Part shown: in pieces, positions 1 through 8,890 of the stretch
Position numbering within the stretch: the stretch's first letter is position 1
How the letters are laid out: each line of letters opens with the position of its first letter
Source of the DNA: Minisyncoccota bacterium
GTDB lineage: Bacteria; Patescibacteriota; Minisyncoccia; UBA6257
Direction: 5' to 3'
Length of the DNA stretch: 64,000 nt
NCBI GenBank assembly: GCA_028695015.1
Contig: JAQVJR010000001.1
Span: forward strand, 255,297 to 319,296
Made by a program: the position numbers and the translations under genes
Notes under the pieces: generated by a model
What the model was told of the DNA's origin: nothing
Database searches by the model: none
What the model saw: only the letters and a program-made list of their open reading frames with translations

Positions 1-357
1 AAAACAGAAGGTCTTTTACCAATTATAGAAACAAAATGGGCTAATTTAGAAGAAGAAAGAGGTAGTGGTTTGTCTAATGGTTCTTGTGATTTAGTTTTAA
101 TAGCTAATGTTCTTTTTCAAGTAGAAAATAAAGAAAAATTTCTTTTAGAAGCTAAAAGAGTTTTAAAACCAGAAAGTTATCTTGTAGTTATAGAATGGAA
201 TCCTGATAAACTGCCAGCACAAAAACAATTATTGCCTTTTTCAAAAGAAGATGCATTAAACCTAATTGAAAAATCAGGTTTTCAATTAGAAAGAGAATTG
301 TCTTTAGGTATTACTCATTACGGGTTTTTAGCAAAATTACCAAAAGCTAGGGCCTAA
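1..357 (+). CDS. Class I SAM-dependent methyltransferase, 5' partial
   Basis: Frame is open from base 1 (KTEGLLPIIETKWANLEE...); DLVLIANVLFQ, EAKRVLKP and LVVIEW are typical of the methyltransferase C-terminal half. Confidence 0.75.
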   Translation, partial: KTEGLLPIIETKWANLEEERGSGLSNGSCDLVLIANVLFQVENKEKFLLEAKRVLKPESYLVVIEWNPDKLPAQKQLLPFSKEDALNLIEKSGFQLERELSLGITHYGFLAKLPKARA

Positions 358-369
358 AATATAAAAATC

Positions 370-1683
370 ATGTCTCTAACATCTCATCAAAAAAAAATTG
401 TTTTAATCACTTTTGTTGTTATTTTCTTGATTGCTTTTGTTAGTATTTTTTTTAGAAAAGTCCGCCCACAACCAATTACTTTAGAAATTTGGGGAATAAG
501 AGATGAACCTTTGGTTTTTGAACCTATAATTCAAGCTTACAATCAATCATATCCTCATGTTACTGTTAACTATACTTTAAAAGATGAGAAGACTTATCAT
601 GAAGATCTTTTAAGGGCTTTTGCAGATAATCAGGCGCCTGATATTTTAATGCTTCAAGATAATTGGTTGTCTGTTTATCAAGATAAAATCTATCCTTTAG
701 ACCTAAGTGCTGATAAACATTTTAATGTTTTTGATTTAAAGCAGGATTATTCACCAGTATCCCTGAGTGGGGTAATTGAGAATAATCATTTATTAGGTTT
801 GCCTTTTTATACTGATACCTTAGTTCTTTATTATAACCAGGATATTTTTAAGCATTATAATATAGTTTTACCACCAACTACTTGGGAAGAAATTCTTGAC
901 TTAATACCTATCTTGAGACAAGTAAATCCCCAAGGACGCATTAGCAGAGCAGCAATTGCCTTAGGCTTGGCTTCTAATGTTGAATGGGAAATAGATATTC
1001 TCTCAGCCTTAATGATGCAATATGGTAGTGAAATGGTTGATTTATCTGAAAAAAGGGTAATTTTTGATAGAGCTGTTGAAAAAGGAAATAAATCTATAGC
1101 CCCTGGAGAAGAAGCTATAAATTTTTATACTCAATTTGCAAATCCTTATTCTCGATATTATACCTGGAATGATAATATGGATAATTCAATAATTGCTTTT
1201 AGTCGAGGAGAAGCAGTGATGATGATAGGATATAACCAAGCAAAAAAAATAATAGAGAGGTATAGTCCTAATTTAAGTTATGGGGTTACTGCTTTACCTC
1301 AATTTATTGATGGTTCTTCTTCAAGGATTAATTATGGGCAAACAATGGTTTTATCAGTGCTCCAGTCCTCTCAGCACCAAAAAGCAAGTTGGGATTTTTT
1401 GAAATTTTTTAATCAAAAGAATATTGCTCAATCTTATTTTAATCAAACTAAAAATCCCCCTGCTCGGCTTGACTTGATTAATGAATCTCTTAATGATTTA
1501 GATAGTGGAGTTTTTATTAGGCAACTTTTAACAACTTATAATTGGTATCAATACAATTTTCAAGATATAAAAAAGATTTTTCAAGAAATGATTAACGGGG
1601 TTCTTTTAAAAGGTGAAGAACCAGCAAGGGCCATTGGAACAGCGCGAGACAATATTAATCTTTTTTGGAAACAAAGACAATGA
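370..1683 (+). CDS. Extracellular solute-binding protein (sugar ABC family 1-like)
   Basis: N-terminal TM anchor; APDIL, GLPFYTDTLVLYYNQDIF, PPTTWEE, FSRGEAVM and SWDFLKF motifs. Confidence 0.85.
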   Translation: MSLTSHQKKIVLITFVVIFLIAFVSIFFRKVRPQPITLEIWGIRDEPLVFEPIIQAYNQSYPHVTVNYTLKDEKTYHEDLLRAFADNQAPDILMLQDNWLSVYQDKIYPLDLSADKHFNVFDLKQDYSPVSLSGVIENNHLLGLPFYTDTLVLYYNQDIFKHYNIVLPPTTWEEILDLIPILRQVNPQGRISRAAIALGLASNVEWEIDILSALMMQYGSEMVDLSEKRVIFDRAVEKGNKSIAPGEEAINFYTQFANPYSRYYTWNDNMDNSIIAFSRGEAVMMIGYNQAKKIIERYSPNLSYGVTALPQFIDGSSSRINYGQTMVLSVLQSSQHQKASWDFLKFFNQKNIAQSYFNQTKNPPARLDLINESLNDLDSGVFIRQLLTTYNWYQYNFQDIKKIFQEMINGVLLKGEEPARAIGTARDNINLFWKQRQ

Positions 1684-1738
1684 TTAAATTAAAGAACAAG
1701 ATTTAATTAAATATAAAAAGGATTAAAATAAAAGAAAG

Positions 1739-2575
1739 ATGAAAAATACAAACAAAATAACTCAGAAATTAATTATCTTTTTCCTGATGATTAGTTTTTA
1801 TTGTTTTCCTTTCTTTATTCAAGCAGCTGGGCTAGTTCCTTGTGGAGGACCTTCAGAACCAGAGTGCAATATTTGTCATCTATTACAATTAGCTCAAAAT
1901 GTAGTGTATTTTGCCATAGAAATAGCTTTCTTAATCATTGTTATTTTAATAGTTTACGGAGGGTTTCTTTGGATTTTTTCAGCAGGCAAAGAAGAGAATA
2001 TCAGGACAGGGCAAAAAACAATTTATAATGCTATTATAGGGCTAATAATTATTTTAGCTGCTTGGGTAATTGTTAATACAATATTCTGGTTCCTTATTAA
2101 TTTTACTGGAGAACTTGATTCTGAATATTACACTGGCACTTGGTGGAAAATTGAATGCGAAGAAGTGAAGTCACAGTCCTCACAATCTCCTCAATCTCCA
2201 CAACCCCCGAGTTTTTCTTCCCCTGATCCTGACAGTAATCTTCCTCCCGCTCCTAGCCTTGAGGAGCAAATACAAAGCAGGAAAACTGAAATAGAGCAAA
2301 AGTATTGGGATGTAGCTAGTTATGGTAAATGGGCAGAGGAGTCAATCTATTGTTATGACTATATGGAAGCAGATTGCAAGCAGGCCTTTGGAACAGCTTA
2401 TTGTGAACCAAATTATTATTTAAAAGAAGGTTTTTGTTTTGCCTTGGATTCTACAACTGAGATTTTGCAATCAGAGAGTACAAAAACTGGTTGGACTTGT
2501 ACTTTTGAAAACACAGCAACAAAGCAGCCACAAGGCAAGGCTTTTGTTTATTGTATCCCTTCATATATTCATTAA
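1739..2575 (+). CDS. VirB2/TrbC-like pilin with Cys-rich C-terminal extension
   Basis: Signal peptide, GLVPCGG..C..C, pilin core IVYGGFLWIFSAGKEE..GQKTIYNAIIGLIIILAAWVIV, Ser/Pro linker. Confidence 0.75.
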   Translation: MKNTNKITQKLIIFFLMISFYCFPFFIQAAGLVPCGGPSEPECNICHLLQLAQNVVYFAIEIAFLIIVILIVYGGFLWIFSAGKEENIRTGQKTIYNAIIGLIIILAAWVIVNTIFWFLINFTGELDSEYYTGTWWKIECEEVKSQSSQSPQSPQPPSFSSPDPDSNLPPAPSLEEQIQSRKTEIEQKYWDVASYGKWAEESIYCYDYMEADCKQAFGTAYCEPNYYLKEGFCFALDSTTEILQSESTKTGWTCTFENTATKQPQGKAFVYCIPSYIH

Positions 2576-2594
2576 TCTTAATTAACTTAATAAA

Positions 2595-2978
2595 ATGAAA
2601 AATCTTATTTTTATAATTAGTTTATTAACAATTTTCTTAATAGCTTTACCAGTGCTAGGGCAAGATCTTGTATTTAAAAATCCCTTTAAGGAAATTACAA
2701 CCATTACTAGTTTAATAGAAGCTATAATTAAATTCTTAAAGAGCTTGGCTATAATGGTAAGTGCAATACTCATTGTTTATGCAGGTTATTTATATATGAC
2801 TTCTGCTGGAAATCAGCAAAAGATAGAAACAGCTCAAAAGACTTTGATTTGGGCTTTAGTAGGGATTGGTGTAATTTTAATAGCAAGCGCAATAACTAAA
2901 GTAATTGAAAATGTTCTTGAAGTTGATTTAACAATAGGAAGCAATACAATAAGCGAAGTGAATAAGGTAGATAAATAA
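2595..2978 (+). CDS. VirB2/TrbC-like pilin
   Basis: Signal peptide, NPF, IVYAGYLYMTSAGN..KIETAQKTLIWALVG. Confidence 0.8.
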   Translation: MKNLIFIISLLTIFLIALPVLGQDLVFKNPFKEITTITSLIEAIIKFLKSLAIMVSAILIVYAGYLYMTSAGNQQKIETAQKTLIWALVGIGVILIASAITKVIENVLEVDLTIGSNTISEVNKVDK

Positions 2979-3095
2979 AAAAGATATCTAAAAATATATA
3001 ATGGCATTAGTAATAGGCATTATTTTTTATTGAGTATCTCTTTAAAATTTGTTATAATTTTTAAAGGTCGAATATAATTAATTTCAATAAACAAA

Positions 3096-3452
3096 ATGGA
3101 AAAATATATCGTACCAGTCTTGCTTTTAAGCTTTTTTATTGCTTTGCCTTGTTTTGGTCAACCAACAGTAACCGTGACTGTTCCTCCTGGAACAGCTGGA
3201 GGATTAACCGATATTTGGGCAATATTAACAAAAGTTTTAAACACCTTTTTTAATGTTGTGCTTTTTCTAGCAGCGATTATGATAATTTTTGCAGGTTGGC
3301 AATACATAACAGCAGCTGGAGATCCAGAAAAAGCCAAGAAGGCATTAAATTCTTTGGTTTATGCTTTGATAGGAGTGGGAATAGCTTTATTGGCTAAGGT
3401 ATTAATTTACCTAGTAGCTAATTTCTTAGGTGTAAGTATTACAGGTTTCTAA
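3096..3452 (+). CDS. VirB2/TrbC-like pilin
   Basis: Signal peptide, IIFAGWQYITAAGDPEKAKKALNSLVYALIG. Confidence 0.8.
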   Translation: MEKYIVPVLLLSFFIALPCFGQPTVTVTVPPGTAGGLTDIWAILTKVLNTFFNVVLFLAAIMIIFAGWQYITAAGDPEKAKKALNSLVYALIGVGIALLAKVLIYLVANFLGVSITGF

Positions 3453-3481
3453 GAAGTAAAAAAAAGATTAAATTACAAATT

Positions 3482-3508
3482 AAAAACTCCGTTTTAAACG
3501 GAGTTTTT
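3482..3508. terminator. Bidirectional intrinsic terminator
   Basis: AAAAACTCCG-ttttaaa-CGGAGTTTTT between convergent pilin and tRNA-Leu. Confidence 0.8.
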
Positions 3509-3519
3509 AATTAATAGGG

Positions 3520-3603
3520 TGCCGCGGGGGAGATTTGAACTCCCACAGGGAAAACCCTAATAGGTTCTAAACCTATTGCGTCTGCCAGTTCCGCCACCGC
3601 GGC
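3520..3603 (-). tRNA. tRNA-Leu(TAG)
   Basis: Cloverleaf; anticodon arm ATAGG-tttagaa-CCTAT, long variable arm, GTTCAAATC. Confidence 0.95.
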
Positions 3604-3605
3604 TT

Positions 3606-4001
3606 TTATTCCTCTTCTATTTTTAAAGTTTTCTTTTTGGTTTTAATTAATTTTGGCAAATAGATACTAAGCAAACCATTTTTGATAGAGGCCTTAGCTT
3701 TATCAGCATTTATTTCTTGGGGCAAGATTAAGGAACGGGAAAAAGGGCCCCAAAAACACTCATTGTAATAAAATTTATCAATCTTATCTTTTCCTTCTCG
3801 GCTTCTTTCTCCTCTGATAGTAATCATGTCATTGGTGATAGAAATATCTATTTCATTTATATTCACACCGCCAATAGCCGCTTGAAGAATGAGCTCGTCT
3901 TTAGTTTCACAAAGGTCAATTGCTAATTCGCCTTCTTCTTCTGAAGCTGGCCAAGCAGTTTCTTCTTTGTTAATTTTCTTTGAAATGGTTTTTTCTGCCA
4001 T
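3606..4001 (-). CDS. Hsp20/alpha-crystallin small heat shock protein
   Basis: ECFWGPFSRSLILP and ASIKNGLLSIYLPK. Confidence 0.92.
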   Translation of the reverse strand: MAEKTISKKINKEETAWPASEEEGELAIDLCETKDELILQAAIGGVNINEIDISITNDMITIRGERSREGKDKIDKFYYNECFWGPFSRSLILPQEINADKAKASIKNGLLSIYLPKLIKTKKKTLKIEEE

Positions 4002-4005
4002 AGTA

Positions 4006-4746
4006 TTAAATTATTAATTTATTTTTTGGATTAATGGGTTTTTGAATCTGTTTCAGGATGTCAAATGCCCAAAGAAGGAAAATACAAGTAAAGAATAGGA
4101 CAAGGCTGATTATAAAAATAGCATCACTACCTAGTTTTATAATAGCAATATTAAAGAGCCAATGCAATGAAATACCTAAGAATAGCCCTATGCTTAAATA
4201 TCTTTTTTTATCAGTGACTAAACTTAATGCCCAGAAAAAACCAATAGTTCCTGAGCTTATGGCATGAAGTAAATTAGCGCCAACAAAACGTAAACTTATT
4301 AACTGAAGAGTTGGTAAAAAACTTGCTCCAAGCATTATTTCTTGAAAAGCAACTAATATATTCTCTACTGCCCCAAATCCTAGAGCCAAAACAATTAAAT
4401 AGATCATTGCATCTATTGCTTCATCAAAATACTTGTTTTTTTTCAAAGCTATAGTTGTGGTAAAGAACTTTGCTAATTCTTCTATTATTGCAATGATTAA
4501 ACAAGCAAGAATAGCAACTGGAAAGGACAAAGAGCCTAGAGTATTAATTTTAAATAGTTTTAGTAAATAATTTTCAATAATTCCAACAAAGGGGGTAATT
4601 ATAGCTCCTAATAGAAATAGAATTAAAAGCCATTTTAAAGGCTCTGGTTTATTGATATCTTGCCATAGAAAAAATATTAACCAGAGAATAATAGGCAAGA
4701 GTCCAATAAAGCTTGCTAAAATAAAAGTCAAAATCATTGAGGCCAT
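4006..4746 (-). CDS. prsW: PrsW-family intramembrane glutamic protease
   Basis: EP motif, AIIEELAK, GFGAVEN, LHA and LHWLFN in a multi-TM protein. Confidence 0.88.
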   Translation of the reverse strand: MASMILTFILASFIGLLPIILWLIFFLWQDINKPEPLKWLLILFLLGAIITPFVGIIENYLLKLFKINTLGSLSFPVAILACLIIAIIEELAKFFTTTIALKKNKYFDEAIDAMIYLIVLALGFGAVENILVAFQEIMLGASFLPTLQLISLRFVGANLLHAISSGTIGFFWALSLVTDKKRYLSIGLFLGISLHWLFNIAIIKLGSDAIFIISLVLFFTCIFLLWAFDILKQIQKPINPKNKLII

Positions 4747-6902
4747 TGAGTAATTATTAAGAGATTGTCTTTTTTGTTTTCATAATGAGGTAGTTTTTGC
4801 CAAATAGCTTCAGTAACAAATGGCATGAATGGATGTAGCATTTTTAAGCAATCTTTCAGAATTATATCAAGGATATATTGAGCTTGTTTTTTATCTTGAT
4901 TATCTTTAATCCTGTTTTTCATTTCCTCAATTATTTTATCAGCAAAAGTGTGCCAAAAATAATGATAAAGGGCTTCTCCAGCTAAAGAGAATTTAAAGTT
5001 TTCTAAGTTTTTTGTTATCTTTTGTTTTGTTTTCTTAAAGGCAATTAATGTCTTTTTATCTTTTACATTAAGTGTTGGTTTTTTACCATCATAATCATTT
5101 AAATTACTAATAACAAAACGAGAGGCATTCCATATTTTATTAGCAAAATTACGATAACCTTTGATTTTTTCTTCTGAAATAACAATATCATTACCAGCAG
5201 TATTACCTATAATTAAAGCCATTCTTAAAGCATCAGCTCCATAAACATCAATTACAGCTAAGGGGTCAATAACATTACCTTTTGATTTTGACATTTTTTG
5301 TCTATCTTTATCTCTGACCAAACCATGAAGATAAACATATTTAAATGGAATTTTCCCAGTATAGTAAATACCTAGGATAATCATCCTAGCAACCCAGAAA
5401 AATAAAATATCCCAACCAGTTTCCATTATGTCAGTAGGATAAAAGGTTTTAAAGTCTTTTGATTTTAACCCTTGGTTGCCAAAAAGAGTAGCATAGGGCC
5501 ATTGACCTGAAGAGAACCAAGTGTCTAAAACATCAGTATCTTTTTTTATATTCTTGCTTTGACAATAAAGGCATTTCTTAGGGATTTTATCTATTTGTAT
5601 AAAAGATTCTTTGCAATCTTCGCAATGAAAGGCAGGAATAGGAATCCCCCAACGGATTTGACGGGAAATATTCCAGTCTTTAATATTATTCATCCAATGG
5701 AAAAATACCTTTTCAAAGCGAGGGGGAATTATTTTTATCTCTCCTTTTTTTACAGCATTAATAGCTAAATCGTTTAAAGACTTATTTTTCTTTGGCAAGG
5801 GTTTAGTCATTGCTATAAACCATTGATCCATAATCATTGGCTCTATTCTGGAATTACATTTATAACAATGTCCTACTTGATGAACATGCTCTTCTTTTTT
5901 AACTAAAGAGTCACTAGCTTGTAAAATTGTTATTGATTTTTCTCTGGCTTGAGAAACATTAAGTCCAGCTAAAGGCCCAGCTAATTCATTAAAATAGCCG
6001 TTAAAATCCAAAGTCTCTCTTGTTTCTAAATGATGTCTTTGTCCAATTTCAAAATCTAAAGAATCATGGGCTGGAGTAATTTTTAAAGCCCCAGTACCAA
6101 AATCAATTTCAACATCCTTATCAGCAATTATAGGAATTTCTCTTTTAGTGATTGGTTCGATAACAACTTTATTAATTAATTTTTTATATCTATTATCCTT
6201 AGGATTAACGGCTATAGCTGTGTCTCCAGGAATAGTTTCTGGTCTGGTAGTAGCCACAGTAATCCATTTGTTTCTTTCTTCTTTTAATTTGTATCTTACA
6301 AAATAGAGAAAATCTTTTTGTTCTTGATATTTAACTTCTAATTCAGAAAAAGCGGTTTTATGCTTAGGGCAATAATTGACAATTCTTTTACCTCGATAGA
6401 GTAATCCGTCTTTCCACAATTTCTCTAAGGTTTGATAAACAGTTTTTTGAATATCCTCATCAAGAGTAAATTTTTCCCGAGACCAATCACAAGAAGCTCC
6501 TAAGAGCTTTAATTGATATCTGACAATTTTTTTGTTTTTTTGCGTATATTGCCAAACTGCTTTATAAAACTCATCTCGATTCATCTCTAAGCCAGATTTC
6601 CCTTGCTTTTCTAATTCTTTTTCAAAAACTACTTGGGTTTCAAATCCAGCATGATCAGTGCCTGGAAGCCAAAGAGTTCTTTTGCCTCTCATTCTTTGAA
6701 AACGAATCATCAAATCTTGCAAAGTAACAAAAACACCATGGCCAATATGTAATGGTGCATTAGCGTTTGGCGGAGGCATAATAATGCAAAAAGGTTTGCT
6801 TTTTTTATCAAAAGGTAATTTATCAGGATTAAAAAAGCCTGATTTTTCCCAAAGCTGGTAGATATTCTTTTCTGTTTTTTGATGTTCGTAAACCTTATCC
6901 AC
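4734..6902 (-). CDS. valS: Valine--tRNA ligase (short form, no C-terminal coiled coil)
   Basis: PPPNANAPLHIGH, ATTRPET, GTGALKITPAHD, DWNISRQ, KMSKS; GTG start. Confidence 0.97.
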   Translation of the reverse strand: MDKVYEHQKTEKNIYQLWEKSGFFNPDKLPFDKKSKPFCIIMPPPNANAPLHIGHGVFVTLQDLMIRFQRMRGKRTLWLPGTDHAGFETQVVFEKELEKQGKSGLEMNRDEFYKAVWQYTQKNKKIVRYQLKLLGASCDWSREKFTLDEDIQKTVYQTLEKLWKDGLLYRGKRIVNYCPKHKTAFSELEVKYQEQKDFLYFVRYKLKEERNKWITVATTRPETIPGDTAIAVNPKDNRYKKLINKVVIEPITKREIPIIADKDVEIDFGTGALKITPAHDSLDFEIGQRHHLETRETLDFNGYFNELAGPLAGLNVSQAREKSITILQASDSLVKKEEHVHQVGHCYKCNSRIEPMIMDQWFIAMTKPLPKKNKSLNDLAINAVKKGEIKIIPPRFEKVFFHWMNNIKDWNISRQIRWGIPIPAFHCEDCKESFIQIDKIPKKCLYCQSKNIKKDTDVLDTWFSSGQWPYATLFGNQGLKSKDFKTFYPTDIMETGWDILFFWVARMIILGIYYTGKIPFKYVYLHGLVRDKDRQKMSKSKGNVIDPLAVIDVYGADALRMALIIGNTAGNDIVISEEKIKGYRNFANKIWNASRFVISNLNDYDGKKPTLNVKDKKTLIAFKKTKQKITKNLENFKFSLAGEALYHYFWHTFADKIIEEMKNRIKDNQDKKQAQYILDIILKDCLKMLHPFMPFVTEAIWQKLPHYENKKDNLLIITQWPQ

Positions 6903-6930
6903 GGTTTCAGAATTATTTTTATAAATTAAC

Positions 6931-8034
6931 CTATAATCTTAAATTAGCCATTGCTTCAATTTTTTTCCAATCCCAAGTTTTTTTTGGGCCATAAACATAT
7001 TGGAAAAAGCTGGCAAGTGCTACCATTATAGCATTATCAGTAGTGTATTCCAATAAAGGAGTTAGGAATTTAATATCTAAATTTTTCTCTTTTAATTTGT
7101 TTTCAAATTTTTGTCTTAATCTTAAATTAGCTGAAACTCCTCCAGCTAAAATAATGGATTTTGTTTTAAATTCTTGAGCAGCTTTAAGAGTTTTCTCTAC
7201 TAAAACATCAGTAATAGCTTCTTGAAGTTCAAAAGCAAGCATTGAGGCTAATTTCTTTTTTTTATTTGAAAAATTAATCTCTTGAGCTAAATAAAGAAGA
7301 GCGGTTTTTAATCCAGAAAAAGAAAAATCATAATCTTTGGTATGCATCATTGGCCTAGGTAGGGAAATATCTTGTAGTTCTGATATTTTTTCAATTACTT
7401 TAACTTGTTCTGCTATTTTAGCTATATTTGGTCCGCCAGGGTATTCTAAACCCAAAATACGAGCTCCTTTATCAAAACATTCACCAGCAGCATCATCTCG
7501 GGTTTCACCAATGATTTTATAATTACCGAATTTTTTAATATGGACTAATTGAGTATGGCCACCAGAAACTAAAAGACAAATAGCAGGGAATATATTCTCA
7601 TAATCATTAATTGAAAGTTTATGGCTTTTATTATTTTCTGGTAATAAAAAACTAAATAAATGTCCTTCTAAATGATTAACACCCATAATAGGTTTTTCCC
7701 AAGCCCAAGCTAATGTTTTAGCAAAATTAACACCAATTAATAAAGAAAGAATTAAGCCTGGTCCTTTAGTAACAGCAATAAGATCAATTTTAGAAAATTC
7801 TTTTTTAGAACCAAAGGCTTGTTGTAAAGATTTTTTTAAAACAAAAGGAATATTTTTTGCATGTTCTCTACTAGCTAGCATTGGGACAACGCCTCCGTAT
7901 TCTTTGTGGATTTTAATTTGACTAGAAATAACATTACTTAGGGGCTTAATAAAAAAACCGGCCTTGGTTTTTTTAGCTTCTAAAATACCAATAGCCGTTT
8001 CATCACAAGAAGTTTCTATTCCTAAAATTATCAT
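6931..8034 (-). CDS. tsaD: tRNA t6A threonylcarbamoyltransferase TsaD
   Basis: LGIETSCDET, HLEGH, LVSGGHT, DDAAGECFDK, FSFSGLKT, TDNAIM. Confidence 0.97.
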   Translation of the reverse strand: MIILGIETSCDETAIGILEAKKTKAGFFIKPLSNVISSQIKIHKEYGGVVPMLASREHAKNIPFVLKKSLQQAFGSKKEFSKIDLIAVTKGPGLILSLLIGVNFAKTLAWAWEKPIMGVNHLEGHLFSFLLPENNKSHKLSINDYENIFPAICLLVSGGHTQLVHIKKFGNYKIIGETRDDAAGECFDKGARILGLEYPGGPNIAKIAEQVKVIEKISELQDISLPRPMMHTKDYDFSFSGLKTALLYLAQEINFSNKKKKLASMLAFELQEAITDVLVEKTLKAAQEFKTKSIILAGGVSANLRLRQKFENKLKEKNLDIKFLTPLLEYTTDNAIMVALASFFQYVYGPKKTWDWKKIEAMANLRL

Positions 8035-8058
8035 AATAAAATGATTGGCAGTAAGAGG

Positions 8059-8133
8059 TGGCGCTAATGGGATTCGAACCCATGTTCCGGGATTGAAGGC
8101 CCCGTGTCCTAGGCCAGACTAGACGATAGCGCC
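8059..8133 (-). tRNA. tRNA-Glu(TTC) with C33
   Basis: Cloverleaf; D stem GTCT/GGAC, anticodon arm CGGGG-ccttcaa-TCCCG, 4-nt variable loop. Confidence 0.88.
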
Positions 8134-8162
8134 AAAGCTTAATAATAATAACAGATAAAGAA

Positions 8163-8888
8163 TTATTTAACAAGAACCATCTTTACAGCAACTCGCTTTG
8201 AGGCTACACCCACAGGCCAGCAACTTTGAAGAACGAGAATTGTTTCCTCATTGCTTGGTGGAAAGATTGTTTCTGTGGTCTCTGAGCCTTTAGGCCAGGG
8301 GATAAAAATTTTCTTATCGACAAATTCAAAAACTAAAGGTTGTTGTTCCCAGAAAATATAGATTTGGTCACCAGTATCTAATTCATTTAATAAAGAAAAA
8401 ACTGATTTATAATTACCTTTTTCCCATGGATACTGGGAGCTATGACCAATAATAATAGAATAGCCTTGGCTAGGATTAGTAGATCCTGGATAAAGCACCA
8501 CTCCTTTTTTAAGTTCTTTGTAAATTAAATCCAAATCAGGAGTTTTTACAGTAATGATTGGGGCTTTAATATTGAATTTTGGTAATTCAATAATATTTAC
8601 TTCATTTGCCTCTTCAGGAATAGAAGGCAAAACAATATTCTCTATTTCAGTTGGAGAAAAAGAAGGAAAAAGAAAATTATCCATAGAAGGAACTAATCTA
8701 TTTTCTTCAACAACAGGGATCTTAGTTAAGAATTTTGGAGTACGAAATAATTCACTTTGGAAAAGATGAGTTGTTTCTTGGAATTTATAATTAAGCCAGG
8801 CAGGAAAAGCACTACCATTAAATACAAAAAAAAGACTAACAAAAAGGAATAAAAAAACCAATAATGAAATTTTTATATCAGTAGTCAT
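8163..8888 (-). CDS. Sortase-family protein
   Basis: N-terminal TM; IIGHSS, FSLLNELDTGDQI, LQSCWP....KR (His/Cys/Arg triad). Confidence 0.85.
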   Translation of the reverse strand: MTTDIKISLLVFLFLFVSLFFVFNGSAFPAWLNYKFQETTHLFQSELFRTPKFLTKIPVVEENRLVPSMDNFLFPSFSPTEIENIVLPSIPEEANEVNIIELPKFNIKAPIITVKTPDLDLIYKELKKGVVLYPGSTNPSQGYSIIIGHSSQYPWEKGNYKSVFSLLNELDTGDQIYIFWEQQPLVFEFVDKKIFIPWPKGSETTETIFPPSNEETILVLQSCWPVGVASKRVAVKMVLVK

Positions 8889-8890
8889 TT

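Noticed and set aside
1865-1879. CxxCH (CNICH) in the first pilin as a heme c site
   Set aside because: It is part of the Cys-rich pilin N-terminal motif; no cytochrome c maturation genes are in the window
8090-8104. Reading the tRNA at 8059-8133 as a UCA (opal/recoding) tRNA because of CTTCAA
   Set aside because: Stem pairing fixes the loop as CC-UUC-AA, the body is Glu-like, and TGA is used as a stop in this window (e.g. 1681, 51021)
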